A stretch of DNA of 64,000 bases from Planctomycetota bacterium (GTDB lineage: Bacteria; Planctomycetota; UBA8108; SXIK01): positions 7,264,001-7,328,000 of the forward strand of contig OZ244999.1 in assembly GCA_965223265.1 (NCBI GenBank), written 5' to 3'. Position numbers and translations under genes: made by a program. A model generated the notes under the pieces. The model saw only the letters and a program-made list of their open reading frames with translations. It was not told the origin of the DNA and searched no databases. Shown in pieces: positions 39,591-50,100 of the stretch. The stretch's first letter is position 1; the number at the start of each line of letters is the position of its first letter.

Positions 39591-40133
39591 ATGAACCGAC
39601 AACCGCAGACACTCGAGCCCGTCACGAGACTCAGACGTCGCGCGACCCTCCACGCCGTTCGCGCACCCGAGCTCGATCGCTATCTCGACCGAAGAAACAT
39701 CGACCTCGTCATCACCGACGAAGTCCAGGCTCTCCAGGTGAGGTTTCGCCGTGCACTCGAGGTCTTCGAGCACCGCGTCGAGTCGGCGCTGGCAACAACA
39801 GCTCGTGCTCTGCGTCACCGGCTCCTACTGATTCTTGTTGCCGCCCTCGTCACGGCCATCAGCGCCGCCGGAGTGGAATGGTCCTCTCGGCTCCAGCCGG
39901 TTTTGCTTGGCGTCAGCGCCTTGACGATCGCGCTCCTCGCCGGCGACATGTGGTTCATCCACCAAGATCAACGCCAGCTACGGCACGCAGCTCGTGTGTT
40001 GGAGCAGTTCGATCCAAGTTCATGTGAAACCGCCGCAAAGGCCTTAGCCCTAGCCGACGAGATCCTGGGCCTCGCGCGCGCGCTCGGCGCAGTCGAACCA
40101 CGCACGTCGGACAGCAGCGATGCCGACGCTTAG
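39591..40133 (+). CDS. Hypothetical membrane protein (two TM segments)
   Basis: Two hydrophobic segments; same strand as shc-hpnG; start uncertain. Confidence 0.55.
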   Translation: MNRQPQTLEPVTRLRRRATLHAVRAPELDRYLDRRNIDLVITDEVQALQVRFRRALEVFEHRVESALATTARALRHRLLLILVAALVTAISAAGVEWSSRLQPVLLGVSALTIALLAGDMWFIHQDQRQLRHAARVLEQFDPSSCETAAKALALADEILGLARALGAVEPRTSDSSDADA

Positions 40134-40296
40134 CAGCCCGTTGAAAAAGTCATTCGGCCGAGAAACCGGCCTCTTCACGCCCAGCTCGACCGCGTCAATA
40201 CTCGAAAATCTCGGAGATTACCTGCGTTTGCCGCGGCCGATCTGGACGCGAAGAGACCAGTTTTCGGCTCGAAGCACTTTTTCAACAGGCTGTTAG
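40131..40296. mobile_element. MITE-like element, copy A
   Basis: Terminal inverted repeats TAGCAGCCCGTTGAAAAAGT / ACTTTTTCAACAGGCTGTTA; near-identical inverted copy at 61375-61541. Confidence 0.85.
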
Positions 40297-40306
40297 CCTC
40301 GAGTTT

Positions 40307-40484
40307 GGCCTGTCTGAAAACATGCTTCGAGATGAAGACCGGCCGCTTCGCGTTCAAATCAGCCGCAGCGAACGGAGGAAATCTCCAGCCTCTTCCATGA
40401 GATGTACTGGCGGCTCGCCGCGGCTGATCTGGGCGTAAAGAGGCCAGTTTCTCAGCCGATTGACTCGTTCAACAGGCGGTTTAG
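40307..40484. mobile_element. MITE-like element, diverged copy B (inverted relative to copy A)
   Basis: Shares GCTTCGCGT, AATCTCC, GCTCGCCGCGG, TCTGGGCGT, AGAGGCCAGTTTCTC and TTCAAC colinearly with copy C. Confidence 0.75.
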
Positions 40485-40546
40485 GTTCGATTCACTCGAG
40501 CCGGGCAGGCCGCACCGCTCGCGACGCGGCCTGCTCCAACGCCGAG

Positions 40547-41398
40547 TTATTTGCCGGGCAGGTCGTTGTAGAGCCGACTCGCCTGCGCCAACCACTCGAC
40601 ATGATCGGCCGAGTGATCTGGCGGACTCGGGAGCGCCATGAGTTGATCAAGCGCGGCGCGGGCACCGTCGAAGTCGCCGATCTCAAGCAAGGCGCCGGCG
40701 TAGGCGAGGTGATTGCCACCGAACTGGGGACATTCCTCTGTCGCCTGGCGTAGGTACGCCATTCCTTCTTCGGCCGTACCAATGGAAAGCAGCGGGTACT
40801 CGCGCGTTGCGACGAGCAACTCGCCGAGTTCGCGCGCCGGCCCGCAGTGATCCAGGGTGGAATCGAGGTAGTACGCCATGCTGAGGTGCTCTTTAGTTCG
40901 TAGCGCGAGCTTGTCCGGCTTCATTCTCCGGATCTCGAAGAGACGCTTCAGGTTGAGTCCGTAATAGTAGTAGGACTCGGCGTGAACGCTCGACTTCGCT
41001 TTCGACACCGCCTCCTTGCCCCACCAGACCCCCTGCTTCGCGTAAGCTTCCTGCTCGCCGCGCGTCGAATGGTTCGCTAGCCAAGCGCAAGCTCGAGCGC
41101 CGCGCCACAGCGCGCCGTAGTTGTTGACGCTGGAGATCGAGTGAAGGCTCGTCTCGCGCGAGAGCTTGACGCCGGCCGGAGTTCGTGGCTCCGCGTACTG
41201 CTGGTCGATCTCCTTCATGCGCTTGGCGAGCGCCGATTCGGTCAATGCCGCGGGCTCGTAGGGGAGGCTGGGATTGACAATCGATTCCAGCTCGACGATC
41301 GGAGGCGTGTCGCTACAGCTGACGGCGACAGCCATCAGGGCGCCCAACAGACCAATCCCCACACAGCTCCCAAGCTCACTTCGCATCAAACGCATCAT
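40547..41398 (-). CDS. TPR-like helical lipoprotein (TatT/BstC-like)
   Basis: Lipobox-like AVSC after a hydrophobic stretch; LWRGARACAWL, ESYYYYGLNL, D.TLDHCGPARELG, YLRQA...P.FGGNHLAYA.AL helical repeats. Confidence 0.65.
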   Translation of the reverse strand: MMRLMRSELGSCVGIGLLGALMAVAVSCSDTPPIVELESIVNPSLPYEPAALTESALAKRMKEIDQQYAEPRTPAGVKLSRETSLHSISSVNNYGALWRGARACAWLANHSTRGEQEAYAKQGVWWGKEAVSKAKSSVHAESYYYYGLNLKRLFEIRRMKPDKLALRTKEHLSMAYYLDSTLDHCGPARELGELLVATREYPLLSIGTAEEGMAYLRQATEECPQFGGNHLAYAGALLEIGDFDGARAALDQLMALPSPPDHSADHVEWLAQASRLYNDLPGK

Positions 41399-42530
41399 AC
41401 TTTCCCTCCACACTTCTGAGCCATTTCTGGCGTAACTCCACAAATCCTCGCACACCCATCGTCTTCACGAGTGGCTTCGCCTTCGGGCGCTTCGACAGGG
41501 AAAGCAGCGCTTCTTTGAGTCGCCGCCTCTGCTCAGAGGTCAATCCTCTGCCAGCCGTTTCACCCTGCAGCTGAGCCGCTCGCAAGCCACCTCGCGCGTG
41601 GCGTGCCAACGATTCGCTCCTCGTCGTCTCTTCAGACTGACCTTGATCCTTCTTCTCTTCGATGGCGCTGCATGACTCGGGTCTGAGTCGGCCCTGCAGC
41701 GCCGTCTTCGCTCCGCCACCGGTGCCAGGACCGGTGCCCTGACGCTGATCCTTCCTGAGAGGACGTGCCGGCAGCGAAAAGAAGACGAAAATTGATTCCG
41801 GATAGTATTCCGACTCGAGAAGTTTCTCCACTTTTTTCCCCGGTGAAACCTCCCCAAGCGCGGCGAACTCGCGACCCGTCAGCACCACTGCGTCGACCCT
41901 ACCGCGATGGAGGCGACGCAGCGCGCGCGACACCCTCAGCGTCGGCCGGATCTGCCACGCATCGATCGCCGCCTCTTTTCCCAGCACGACACGTCGCAAA
42001 AACTCGGGCTCGTAAAGTGGACCACCGGCTACCTTCTTGCCGGCAAGGTCTTTGAGGCGCCGAAACGAACCCGCGCGAACGACGGCGACGACGCGATCCC
42101 CTGGCTCCGACTCGAGCTGCGCGTCGAGACCGAACTGACGTCGGTAGCGGAGATAGAATCCAAGGCTGACGAGTCCAAACGCCGGTTTTTTCTCCTCGAT
42201 CACTTTGGCCGCGCTTTCAGGCACGTTGTGGTAGGAACCCTCGAGCGATTCGATACCGCTCTGGGCTGCAAGGTCAGCCGAAAAACGCCGCATGAATCCC
42301 TCAGCTTCGGCGGTCGATCCGGGATATCCCGGTTGCACGATGATCCACCTCACAGCGTCCGCGGCGTTGGCGTGCGAACTGACAAGCGCGACGGTGATCG
42401 CCAGCGCCAGCACCACGGCTCGTAGCCGCGTTCTGCTTCGGTGGCCCAGGCGCTGGCCAAAGCTGGCGCGCGGGCAGAAGGGACCACCTTGCCTCGAACC
42501 CTCGTCAAAGTACCTGATCAAGCAGCTCAT
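41376..42530 (-). CDS. Periplasmic substrate-binding protein (PhnD-like fold, BstB-like)
   Basis: Signal peptide ending ANA-A; QPGYPGSTAEA, LKDLAGKKVA, LHRGRVDAVVL, LKEALLSL..MGVRGF. Overlaps the next gene; alternative GTG start at 42554. Confidence 0.68.
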   Translation of the reverse strand: MSCLIRYFDEGSRQGGPFCPRASFGQRLGHRSRTRLRAVVLALAITVALVSSHANAADAVRWIIVQPGYPGSTAEAEGFMRRFSADLAAQSGIESLEGSYHNVPESAAKVIEEKKPAFGLVSLGFYLRYRRQFGLDAQLESEPGDRVVAVVRAGSFRRLKDLAGKKVAGGPLYEPEFLRRVVLGKEAAIDAWQIRPTLRVSRALRRLHRGRVDAVVLTGREFAALGEVSPGKKVEKLLESEYYPESIFVFFSLPARPLRKDQRQGTGPGTGGGAKTALQGRLRPESCSAIEEKKDQGQSEETTRSESLARHARGGLRAAQLQGETAGRGLTSEQRRRLKEALLSLSKRPKAKPLVKTMGVRGFVELRQKWLRSVEGKYDAFDAK

Positions 42531-42550
42531 GACGTAACCCCTTGATGATC

Positions 42551-45469
42551 TCACATGGCTGATGCGCTCGACTGCCGTTTCTCGGCGCCTCGCGCTGCGT
42601 TACTCGAAACCCAACCGAGCCGCGACAGCACCTCGACGACCGCGGGAAGCAGAAAGACCGTGGCGCACAAAATCGTCAAGCATCCACACATCATCAACCA
42701 TCCCAGGCTTGCAACTCCACGATGATGAGCCAAGGTCAAGGAACCGAACCCAGCCATCGTGGTGATGAACGAGAGACAGACCGCGGAGGCGGTCGTACGG
42801 CTCATCTCGGCGGTCGAGCCGCATTCGCGATGGCGATGCATCATGTGAACACCACCGTCGACGCCGCAGCCGATCAGAATCGGCAGTGCGAAAAAGTTCG
42901 CAAGATTGAACTCAAGCGACAATGCCGGCATAAGCTGCAAGAGCCAAAAGAGACCGAACCCAACGGGCAGGAGGGCGAGGACCGTGCGCACCACGCTGCG
43001 GAAATCAACAAGGAGAAAACAAGCAACGATTAGCAGCGAGTACACCGCCGCGGTGAGGAACCCCTCACGCATGAGACGGGCCGATTCGAAGACCTGCAGT
43101 GGCGTTCCAGTGACTTCAGGGCTGACCTCGGCAGTAGCGCGGACAAACTCGGCCATGTTGTCGCGCTGCCAGATGTCCTTGCGAGGGTAGGCGTAGAGGA
43201 GGAGACGACCGTGCTCGGAGACGAACCTCTCTCGCACCAGTTCAGGCAAGGTCGCAATCTCGAGAGCCGGCGGACGCAAAAGGCGCGAAAGTTTCCGGCG
43301 CAGCGCCAACATTTCCGCGAACCACGTCTGCTGAAACGACTCGAGGCGATCTTTCACGGCCTGTGCATCTGCGCCGGCGTCTGCGACGACATCAAGCACC
43401 GTTTCGATGGACTCGATCCAATCGCTTAGCTGCGCGATCAGTGTGTGCCGCGCCGGCTCCATCGCTCGCAAGTCGCCATCCGTTGACATCGATCGCGTCG
43501 CTGCTGCGGAGGCACCCGACCGCAGCGCGTTCGGCGTCGGAGACGAGTTCTGCTCGTCGACTCCCGCGGTCCGCGCCAGTTGGCTTACCGCCGTGTCAAG
43601 GCGATCGATGAGTGTTTCAAGTGCCGAAGTGAGCGCGGTGACGTCAACGTCAGCCGCACCTGGTCTCTCCTCAAGCGACTCAACCACCGCCGCCGCCGGA
43701 TCGAGCATAGTTCGTCGCAGCGTCTGATCCGGAGCGATGAAGTCGCGCACGCTCTCCGTCTGTCCGACGATGCCGGCATCCCGGAGCGCCTGCAGCTTGT
43801 TGCGAATCGCATCGAGCTCGGTGAGAGATTGGGCAATGTAGACGGCCTGCCACGTGGAGGCGTCCGACTCCTCGGCAAGTAGCCGCTCGTACTTCACCGA
43901 CTCGAGCTCCTGCGATTGAAGCTCCAAGAGGTTGAAGTTGTACTCGACGCCGCGAAAACGTGTGGCACCGAAGAGGGTAGGGATCAAGAGCAGGAGAATC
44001 ACCGCATAGCGATAGCGTGGCACAAGCTCTAGCCCGGGCATGCGCAGAGGCGTCGGAGGGTGCAGCGTTCGCCGCCGCGCCAGCGCCCGGTCGGAGACGA
44101 CGATCAGCGCCGGCAGCAACGTCAGCGTGGTGAAGAGGCACACCAGCACACCAGCGCCAGCAACGAAACCCAGTTCTCTGAGTCCCTTAAAGTGGACGAG
44201 CATCGCGGTGCCAAACGCCCCTGCCGTCGTCACGCCACCGGTAAAGATGCCGACGCCTGTCGTCTCGAGCGTGTTCGTAATGGCTCGACCGATCTCCGAC
44301 GAGCTGCGCAGTTCGTCTTGATACCGAGCAACCAAGTGGATGCCGAAATCGATTCCGAGCCCTACCAACATGGCGGCAAAGACGATCGATAGGAGTGTGA
44401 GGTAGCCAATCGTCAGCGCAACGACACCGAACGTGATCGCAATGGACGTGACCAAAACGACCGCTGCGAGCAGCGGACGCCGAAGGCGACGGAATGTGAT
44501 AGCGAAAAGGAGCACAACCGTGAGCAGAGCGAGAACCGTGGCGCGCCGCATATCTCGATCGGTCGTCGTCATCTCGTCGGCCTGCAGCACCGGACGCCCG
44601 GTCAGTCCCACCTCTGCACCCGGAAACTGCGCGCGAACACGATCGAGTGCAGCGCGAATTTCTCGGAGGGGCTCCTGGATCACCGCCAAAGTCTCGTAGT
44701 TCTTCTCAGGCATGATCAGCACAAAAGCCAATTCGCCGTTGGTGCTGAACAGATAACCGTTGTCGCGCGGATGCTGGGTCTGTGTCAGCTCTTCCCCGAG
44801 TCTTGCGCTCAAGCTCTTACTCGACACCCCGGCTACAGCAGCTTGCAACGAGTCAAGATAAGCACCCAGGATCCTTCCGCCCCATTCGAGTCGGGCGTCT
44901 CCTGGCACCGAATCGCTACCGCCATCACTCATCAACTCCGAAGCAAGGAATTCTGTGAACCCAGCGAGCGTGGTGAGATGCGCGAAACGCTCGAGGAGGG
45001 GAGCGTCGCGCGTCAGCGTCTCGGCGAGCCCAGCCAGGTGTTGATTGTCGTAGCGCGCTAGCAGAAGGAGCGAGTCGCCGAACGCGTCGGAAGCGACCCG
45101 ATGGTAAACGCGATGGACGTGCTGCGGCAGTTGGCTGAGCTCTGCCGAGATGGCGTCGGCGATGCGAGCCGCACGCGCTGGATCGTCCGCGACTTGGATG
45201 ACGACGTAGAGAAACTCCTGATCGCCGAACTCGTCGACGAAATTCATGTAGCGGCGGTGGTAGTCCAAGTCGGTCGAAACCAGATCGTTCTGATCGGTTC
45301 GAATCTCGAGCTTGAGGATTGCTGCCGTGACTGCACCAGCTGCCACCATCGCGTAGCCAACGATCACGAGCCACGGGTGACGGGCGACCCACCGACCGAC
45401 ACCGCGAAGAGCGCGGGGCGCCCATCTCTGCCGCCGTGCTGCGTCCGGGGTTGTCGGCGGTTGCACCAT
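42551..45469 (-). CDS. hpnN: RND/MMPL-family lipid transporter (HpnN/BstA-like)
   Basis: Two TM bundles with large periplasmic loops; GLTGRPVLQADE, GLGIDFGIHLVARYQDE, LRELGFVAGAG, LPILIGCGVDGGVH, FGSLTLAHHRGVASLG; near shc. Confidence 0.8.
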   Translation of the reverse strand: MVQPPTTPDAARRQRWAPRALRGVGRWVARHPWLVIVGYAMVAAGAVTAAILKLEIRTDQNDLVSTDLDYHRRYMNFVDEFGDQEFLYVVIQVADDPARAARIADAISAELSQLPQHVHRVYHRVASDAFGDSLLLLARYDNQHLAGLAETLTRDAPLLERFAHLTTLAGFTEFLASELMSDGGSDSVPGDARLEWGGRILGAYLDSLQAAVAGVSSKSLSARLGEELTQTQHPRDNGYLFSTNGELAFVLIMPEKNYETLAVIQEPLREIRAALDRVRAQFPGAEVGLTGRPVLQADEMTTTDRDMRRATVLALLTVVLLFAITFRRLRRPLLAAVVLVTSIAITFGVVALTIGYLTLLSIVFAAMLVGLGIDFGIHLVARYQDELRSSSEIGRAITNTLETTGVGIFTGGVTTAGAFGTAMLVHFKGLRELGFVAGAGVLVCLFTTLTLLPALIVVSDRALARRRTLHPPTPLRMPGLELVPRYRYAVILLLLIPTLFGATRFRGVEYNFNLLELQSQELESVKYERLLAEESDASTWQAVYIAQSLTELDAIRNKLQALRDAGIVGQTESVRDFIAPDQTLRRTMLDPAAAVVESLEERPGAADVDVTALTSALETLIDRLDTAVSQLARTAGVDEQNSSPTPNALRSGASAAATRSMSTDGDLRAMEPARHTLIAQLSDWIESIETVLDVVADAGADAQAVKDRLESFQQTWFAEMLALRRKLSRLLRPPALEIATLPELVRERFVSEHGRLLLYAYPRKDIWQRDNMAEFVRATAEVSPEVTGTPLQVFESARLMREGFLTAAVYSLLIVACFLLVDFRSVVRTVLALLPVGFGLFWLLQLMPALSLEFNLANFFALPILIGCGVDGGVHMMHRHRECGSTAEMSRTTASAVCLSFITTMAGFGSLTLAHHRGVASLGWLMMCGCLTILCATVFLLPAVVEVLSRLGWVSSNAARGAEKRQSSASAM

Positions 45470-45652
45470 CTCGATGAGCAGCCTCGTGCGGTTGTCGGAA
45501 TCAGAAAACGGCGTCGAGACGTAGCTGCGCACCGCTCCAGGACAGGCGAGGAACTACGTGGCGCTCGCGCTGCCGGTCACGTATGATACTCCCTTTCGCC
45601 TCTCGTTCAATCGACGCACCACGTGCCAGTCGAAGCGTAGAAAACTCCAGGC

Positions 45653-45708
45653 ACAGCCCGCTCAGAGAGTCATTCGGGCTGCGAAGAGAGTCTTCGAGTC
45701 GAAAACTG
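45653..45708. repeat. Possible degenerate remnant of the MITE family
   Basis: CAGCCCG..AGTCATTCGG and CTTCGAGTCGAAAACTG each match one end region of copies A/C. Confidence 0.45.
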
Positions 45709-45820
45709 TTCGTCGGGGATCGCTCGGAGCGACGCTGCCCAGCGCCGCTCCTTGGCTTTGACCCTACTGGCAGCCCCAATCCCGACGCGCGTTGTCGAGA
45801 CTCAAAACCGGAAGAAACTC

Positions 45821-47044
45821 ATGTCGTTCTCCACCATCGAAACTGCCGTGAACGCCATCAAGAATGGCGACCTTGTCATCGTCGTCGACGCGGAAGATCG
45901 AGAGAACGAAGGCGACTTCATCTGCGCTGCAGAGAAGATCAATGCCGAAAAAGTCAATTTCATGGTTAAGAAGGGAGGCGGTCTACTGTGCGTGACGATG
46001 CTTCCCGATCGCGCGACGGAGCTGGACCTACCCCTCGCGCCCATCACACCGGGACGCTACGCACCGCTGAACCGCACCGCCTTCACCACCACCGTTGACA
46101 AAATCACCTGCAAGACGGGTGTCTCCGCGGCAGAGCGCGCCGAGACGATCGCAGCTATCGTCGACGAGAAAACGCGCCCCGAGGATCTAGCGCGACCAGG
46201 GCACGTGCATCCGATCATCGCACAGGAGGGAGGCGTCCTGCGGCGCGCCGGACACACCGAAGCGTCTGTCGATCTGGCCAAGCTGGCGGACTGTCGCCCG
46301 GTCGGTGTCTTGATCGAGATCCTCGACGACGACGGCAGGATGGCGCGACGCGACCGTCTGCTTGAAGTCGCGGCCGAGCATGATACCCCTATCGTTACGA
46401 TCGCTGATCTTATCCGCTACCGACGTCGGCACGAGAAACTCGTTCACCGCATCGCGAGCGCAGATCTGCCGACGCGCTTCGGCAAGTTTCGCGTCTATGG
46501 GTTCGACGTCGCCCACGACACACAGCAGCCAATCGCTCTGGTCATGGGAGACGTCACGAAAGCCAAAGCGCCGCTGGTGCGCATGCATTCTTCTTGCTTT
46601 ACGGGCGATCTGCTTTCGAGCTTGCGCTGCGAGTGCGGCGATCAACTGCACATCGCGCTCGAGATGATCGCAGCCGAAGGCGCCGGAGTCGTCGTCTATC
46701 TCCCCCAGGAAGGTCGCGGCATCGGCCTGATCGAAAAGATCAAGGCTTACGAGCTGCAGGACGGTGGTCTCGACACCGTCGAGGCGAACGAAGCCCTGGG
46801 CTACCGCGCGGATATGCGCGACTATGGGGTCGGCATCCAGATCCTTAAAGATCTCGGACTCAGCGAGATCCGGCTGCTGACGAACAACCGGAAGAAGACG
46901 GACTCGTTCATCTACTACGGCTATGACTTGACCGTGGTCCGGCAAGAGCCTCTTCTAGCACCACCGCGCCCGGAGAGGCGTAAGTACCTCCAGACCAAAC
47001 GTGACAAACTGGGTCACGATCTGCCAGCCGACGAAGAGGAGTGA
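45821..47044 (+). CDS. ribBA: Bifunctional DHBP synthase / GTP cyclohydrolase II
   Basis: DAEDRENEGD, TGVSAAERA, RPGHVHP, RAGHTEA; RMHSSCFTGD..RCECGDQL, QEGRGIGL, LLTNN. Confidence 0.96.
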   Translation: MSFSTIETAVNAIKNGDLVIVVDAEDRENEGDFICAAEKINAEKVNFMVKKGGGLLCVTMLPDRATELDLPLAPITPGRYAPLNRTAFTTTVDKITCKTGVSAAERAETIAAIVDEKTRPEDLARPGHVHPIIAQEGGVLRRAGHTEASVDLAKLADCRPVGVLIEILDDDGRMARRDRLLEVAAEHDTPIVTIADLIRYRRRHEKLVHRIASADLPTRFGKFRVYGFDVAHDTQQPIALVMGDVTKAKAPLVRMHSSCFTGDLLSSLRCECGDQLHIALEMIAAEGAGVVVYLPQEGRGIGLIEKIKAYELQDGGLDTVEANEALGYRADMRDYGVGIQILKDLGLSEIRLLTNNRKKTDSFIYYGYDLTVVRQEPLLAPPRPERRKYLQTKRDKLGHDLPADEEE

Positions 47045-47177
47045 CGGCAGCGACGCCGCACGAAACGTGGGGCGGGACAACCCACCGGCGTGAATAAGCG
47101 GGCCCGCTCGACGTCCAACAGAGACCTGCGCGGGCAGGCCACTCCGGGGCTCTGGAGGAGGAGGCAGAACTCAGTCC

Positions 47178-50100
47178 ATGTCGTCAAGAACGAACACGCG
47201 GCGTTACTCGATCATTGGCACGGCAGCACGCGTTGTGGTCGCCCTCACTTTCGTCGCCGCGTCGGTGCTTGCCGGCACCTATTTGGCGCTGCCTCTCCTT
47301 GGCCTTCGCGGCGACCTCAACGCACTCGTGGCAGGAATCGTGCGCTCAGCGTTCAGCGTTCCGGTGAGTATCGGTGCCGTCGTGACCGAACCCCTAAGCC
47401 ACCTATCGATCACACGCCTGCGCACCGTGGCTCTAAACGCGCAGGGCAAAGTCAACTTCGCCACCGACGAAATCTCGTTTCACTACGACCCGTTGGAGTT
47501 GATTGCCGGAAACTTGCAAAAGATCGAAATCCGCGGCCCGACCATGTACTTGAATCTCGACGCTGACTTGAACGGAGTCGCACAGATGCCGACTCTTCCA
47601 GCCGAGGATGGCGTCGGTAGACCACCCCCACCACCCGGGACCCGACTCCTGCCGTTTTCCAGCCAAGAAACGATTCTCCACAGCGGTGACGTCACCCTAC
47701 GAGTGGGCGGTCGTGAGCTGCACCTCGAAAACCTTTCTGTGCATGTTCACAACCTTGGCGCAGCCCACGACCAACGCTTCAGCGTTCGGCTGGCGGCTTT
47801 CGGCGCTGCTCTCAAAGTGGATGGCCGCCTCGACGTCACCACTGGAAGCGACGGAGCGCGCCGTTACACATTCGTCGACACGACCGTTTCAGTTGAGCGT
47901 CTCGCCCTCCGGCGTCTGATCGAATGGCTCGCAAGCGCGGAGGTCGTAGCGGCGGCAACGAGCGAGACGGAGGCAGCGCGGCCGGCAGAGTCCGAGACGC
48001 GTTCCGCATCGCGAACGGCGGCGGACGCCGGGCCGGCTGCGGATGCGGACAATACAGACTCAGAATCAAACTCAGACTCAGAATCGGAATTGGCGTCAGT
48101 CTCGGTGTCGGCTTCGGACTCCACGCTAGGCATCGCTGCGTCCACGCTCTCGGCTCGCCGACGCGCAGCACCGCTCTCGGGCCTCTCCCACCAACTGCTG
48201 GACCTTCTTCAGCAGGCGTCCGGCAGCGTCCAGGTTGAAGGCGCACTCCGAGGCACGTGGCCGGATCGAGTGGAACTCACACTCACGTCTCGTGGCCATG
48301 ACCTCGAAACCCGCTACGCAGACGCGCTCACCGTCTCGGACGGCGCTGCGAACTTGACGCTTGAGTGTGTCGCCCTTGGGGGACTCGATTCGGTTAGGTT
48401 CCGGCTTGAGAGTGGGCTTTCGGGGCAGCTCGAGTCGAGCGCGCTGGTGACACAGCAGCAGGCCCGGCTGTCCGCGAACGGGGACGTCTCTCGCACATCG
48501 TCCGCGGGAGCGGCAGGCTATCGGTTGAACCTCGAAGACTTCGAAGCCGAGTTGATCAGTCACGTCCTGGGCGGCGGGCAGAACGCTCAGAGTGAAGAGA
48601 GACGAACTGAACCGTCACGCACACGCGGACGCCTGTCCCAAGCCACGTTTGATACGACGCAGAGTCGTCTCGCCGTCGCGACTGTCGACATCGCCTCGTC
48701 ACCCGTGCCGGCAGCCCACATTCTGGCGCACCTGCCAGAATCACTGCGACCGCGTCACTGGGGAGTCGAAGTCGGCGACACGCGCGTATCCGTTGATTTC
48801 CAAGCGCGTGACGTTGAACTCGATGAGCTGGGGCTCGCAGGAAAGCTCATGGCGAATCTCGCCTTCGAGCCCACGGACATTCGGTGGGCGCGCCGCGAAA
48901 CAGAGGCGCGGGGCGTCGGTCTCGACGTCGGTGTCGAAATCGTCTCCATGCGCGAGCGCAGCGACCTCAGAGTCGAAACAGTCAACAGCTCTGACGATCC
49001 GGGACACTTGCAGCTGCGAGGCCAAGCCGCGCTTCGTTTCGAGGAAGCGCTTGTTGGCGACGTCTACCTGCCGACGAGCATGCGCCCGTGGCAACTCGAC
49101 GTTCGCAGCACCTACGGAACCGGCGGTGACAGCGCGGCGGCAATCGAGATCGAAAGCGCGCGTCTCGAAGCCGCACCGTTCGGCACCGTTTTCGTGACCG
49201 GGCACGTAATCCCGGCGCCAGCCACGAGGGACGGTGGCGACGCCCGAGAGCCAGCAGTCGCATTGGAAGTGCGCACGGGGAAGCTCGACGTTTCGCGACT
49301 TTTTTCGACTCTCGTCGTCGAACCGCACACCCTGACCTATCCGTGGCTTGCCGAAGCGGAACTCGACGGGCGCGGCGCCGTCGACGCTGAAATCCTCGGT
49401 ACGTTCAAGGCTCTGCGGGCCACCGGCCGCGTCCGACTGGAAAAGTCACACGCCAAGGTCGCGTCACTCGCCGCAACGGGGCTGAACGTCGATCTTCCGT
49501 TCACGATTCGCCCGCTTGCAGAACAGCCGCCGAAGTCGGGCTTCATCAAGGCGAAACTGTTCAACGTCGCAGGCGTTCGCTTGAACGACGTGTCAGTGGA
49601 GCTACGACACCGCGCCGGAGTCTACGACGTTGCACAGCCCGTGACCCTGCCACTCTTCGGCGGCAGGTTGAACCTGTCGCGCCTGACGCTGTTCGGCGGG
49701 CCGGGACGCGACGTGCCGACGTGGCGGGCCGAACTGAGTGCTGAAGATCTTGATCTCGAGGAGATGACACAGTTCGCCGGGTGGCCGACGATCCGCGGCA
49801 CAATGAACGCCGTGGCGCGTCCGCTTCACTTTCGGCAAGGCCATCTCGACTGGAGCGGCCATCTGGAGCTCCGCGCGTTCGGCGGTCGCATCCGCTTTTC
49901 CGATCTGACGCTCGATGATGTACTGCAGCCGTACGCGAGCCTCCAACTTGGCGAGGGTTCGATCGAGAACGTCCGTTTGCGTGAGATGGGCGAGACGTTT
50001 CACTTCGGCATCATGAGCGGGATACTCACCGGAAGAGCGAAGAACTTTCAACTCACCGCGGGCGAGCTGTCGGCGTTCGATCTCAAGCTTCACACAATAC

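Noticed and set aside
45533-45820. FMN riboswitch upstream of ribBA
   Set aside because: I could not find the conserved RFN motifs (AGGGCGGGGTGAAATTCCC-like and GGATGGGAG-like).
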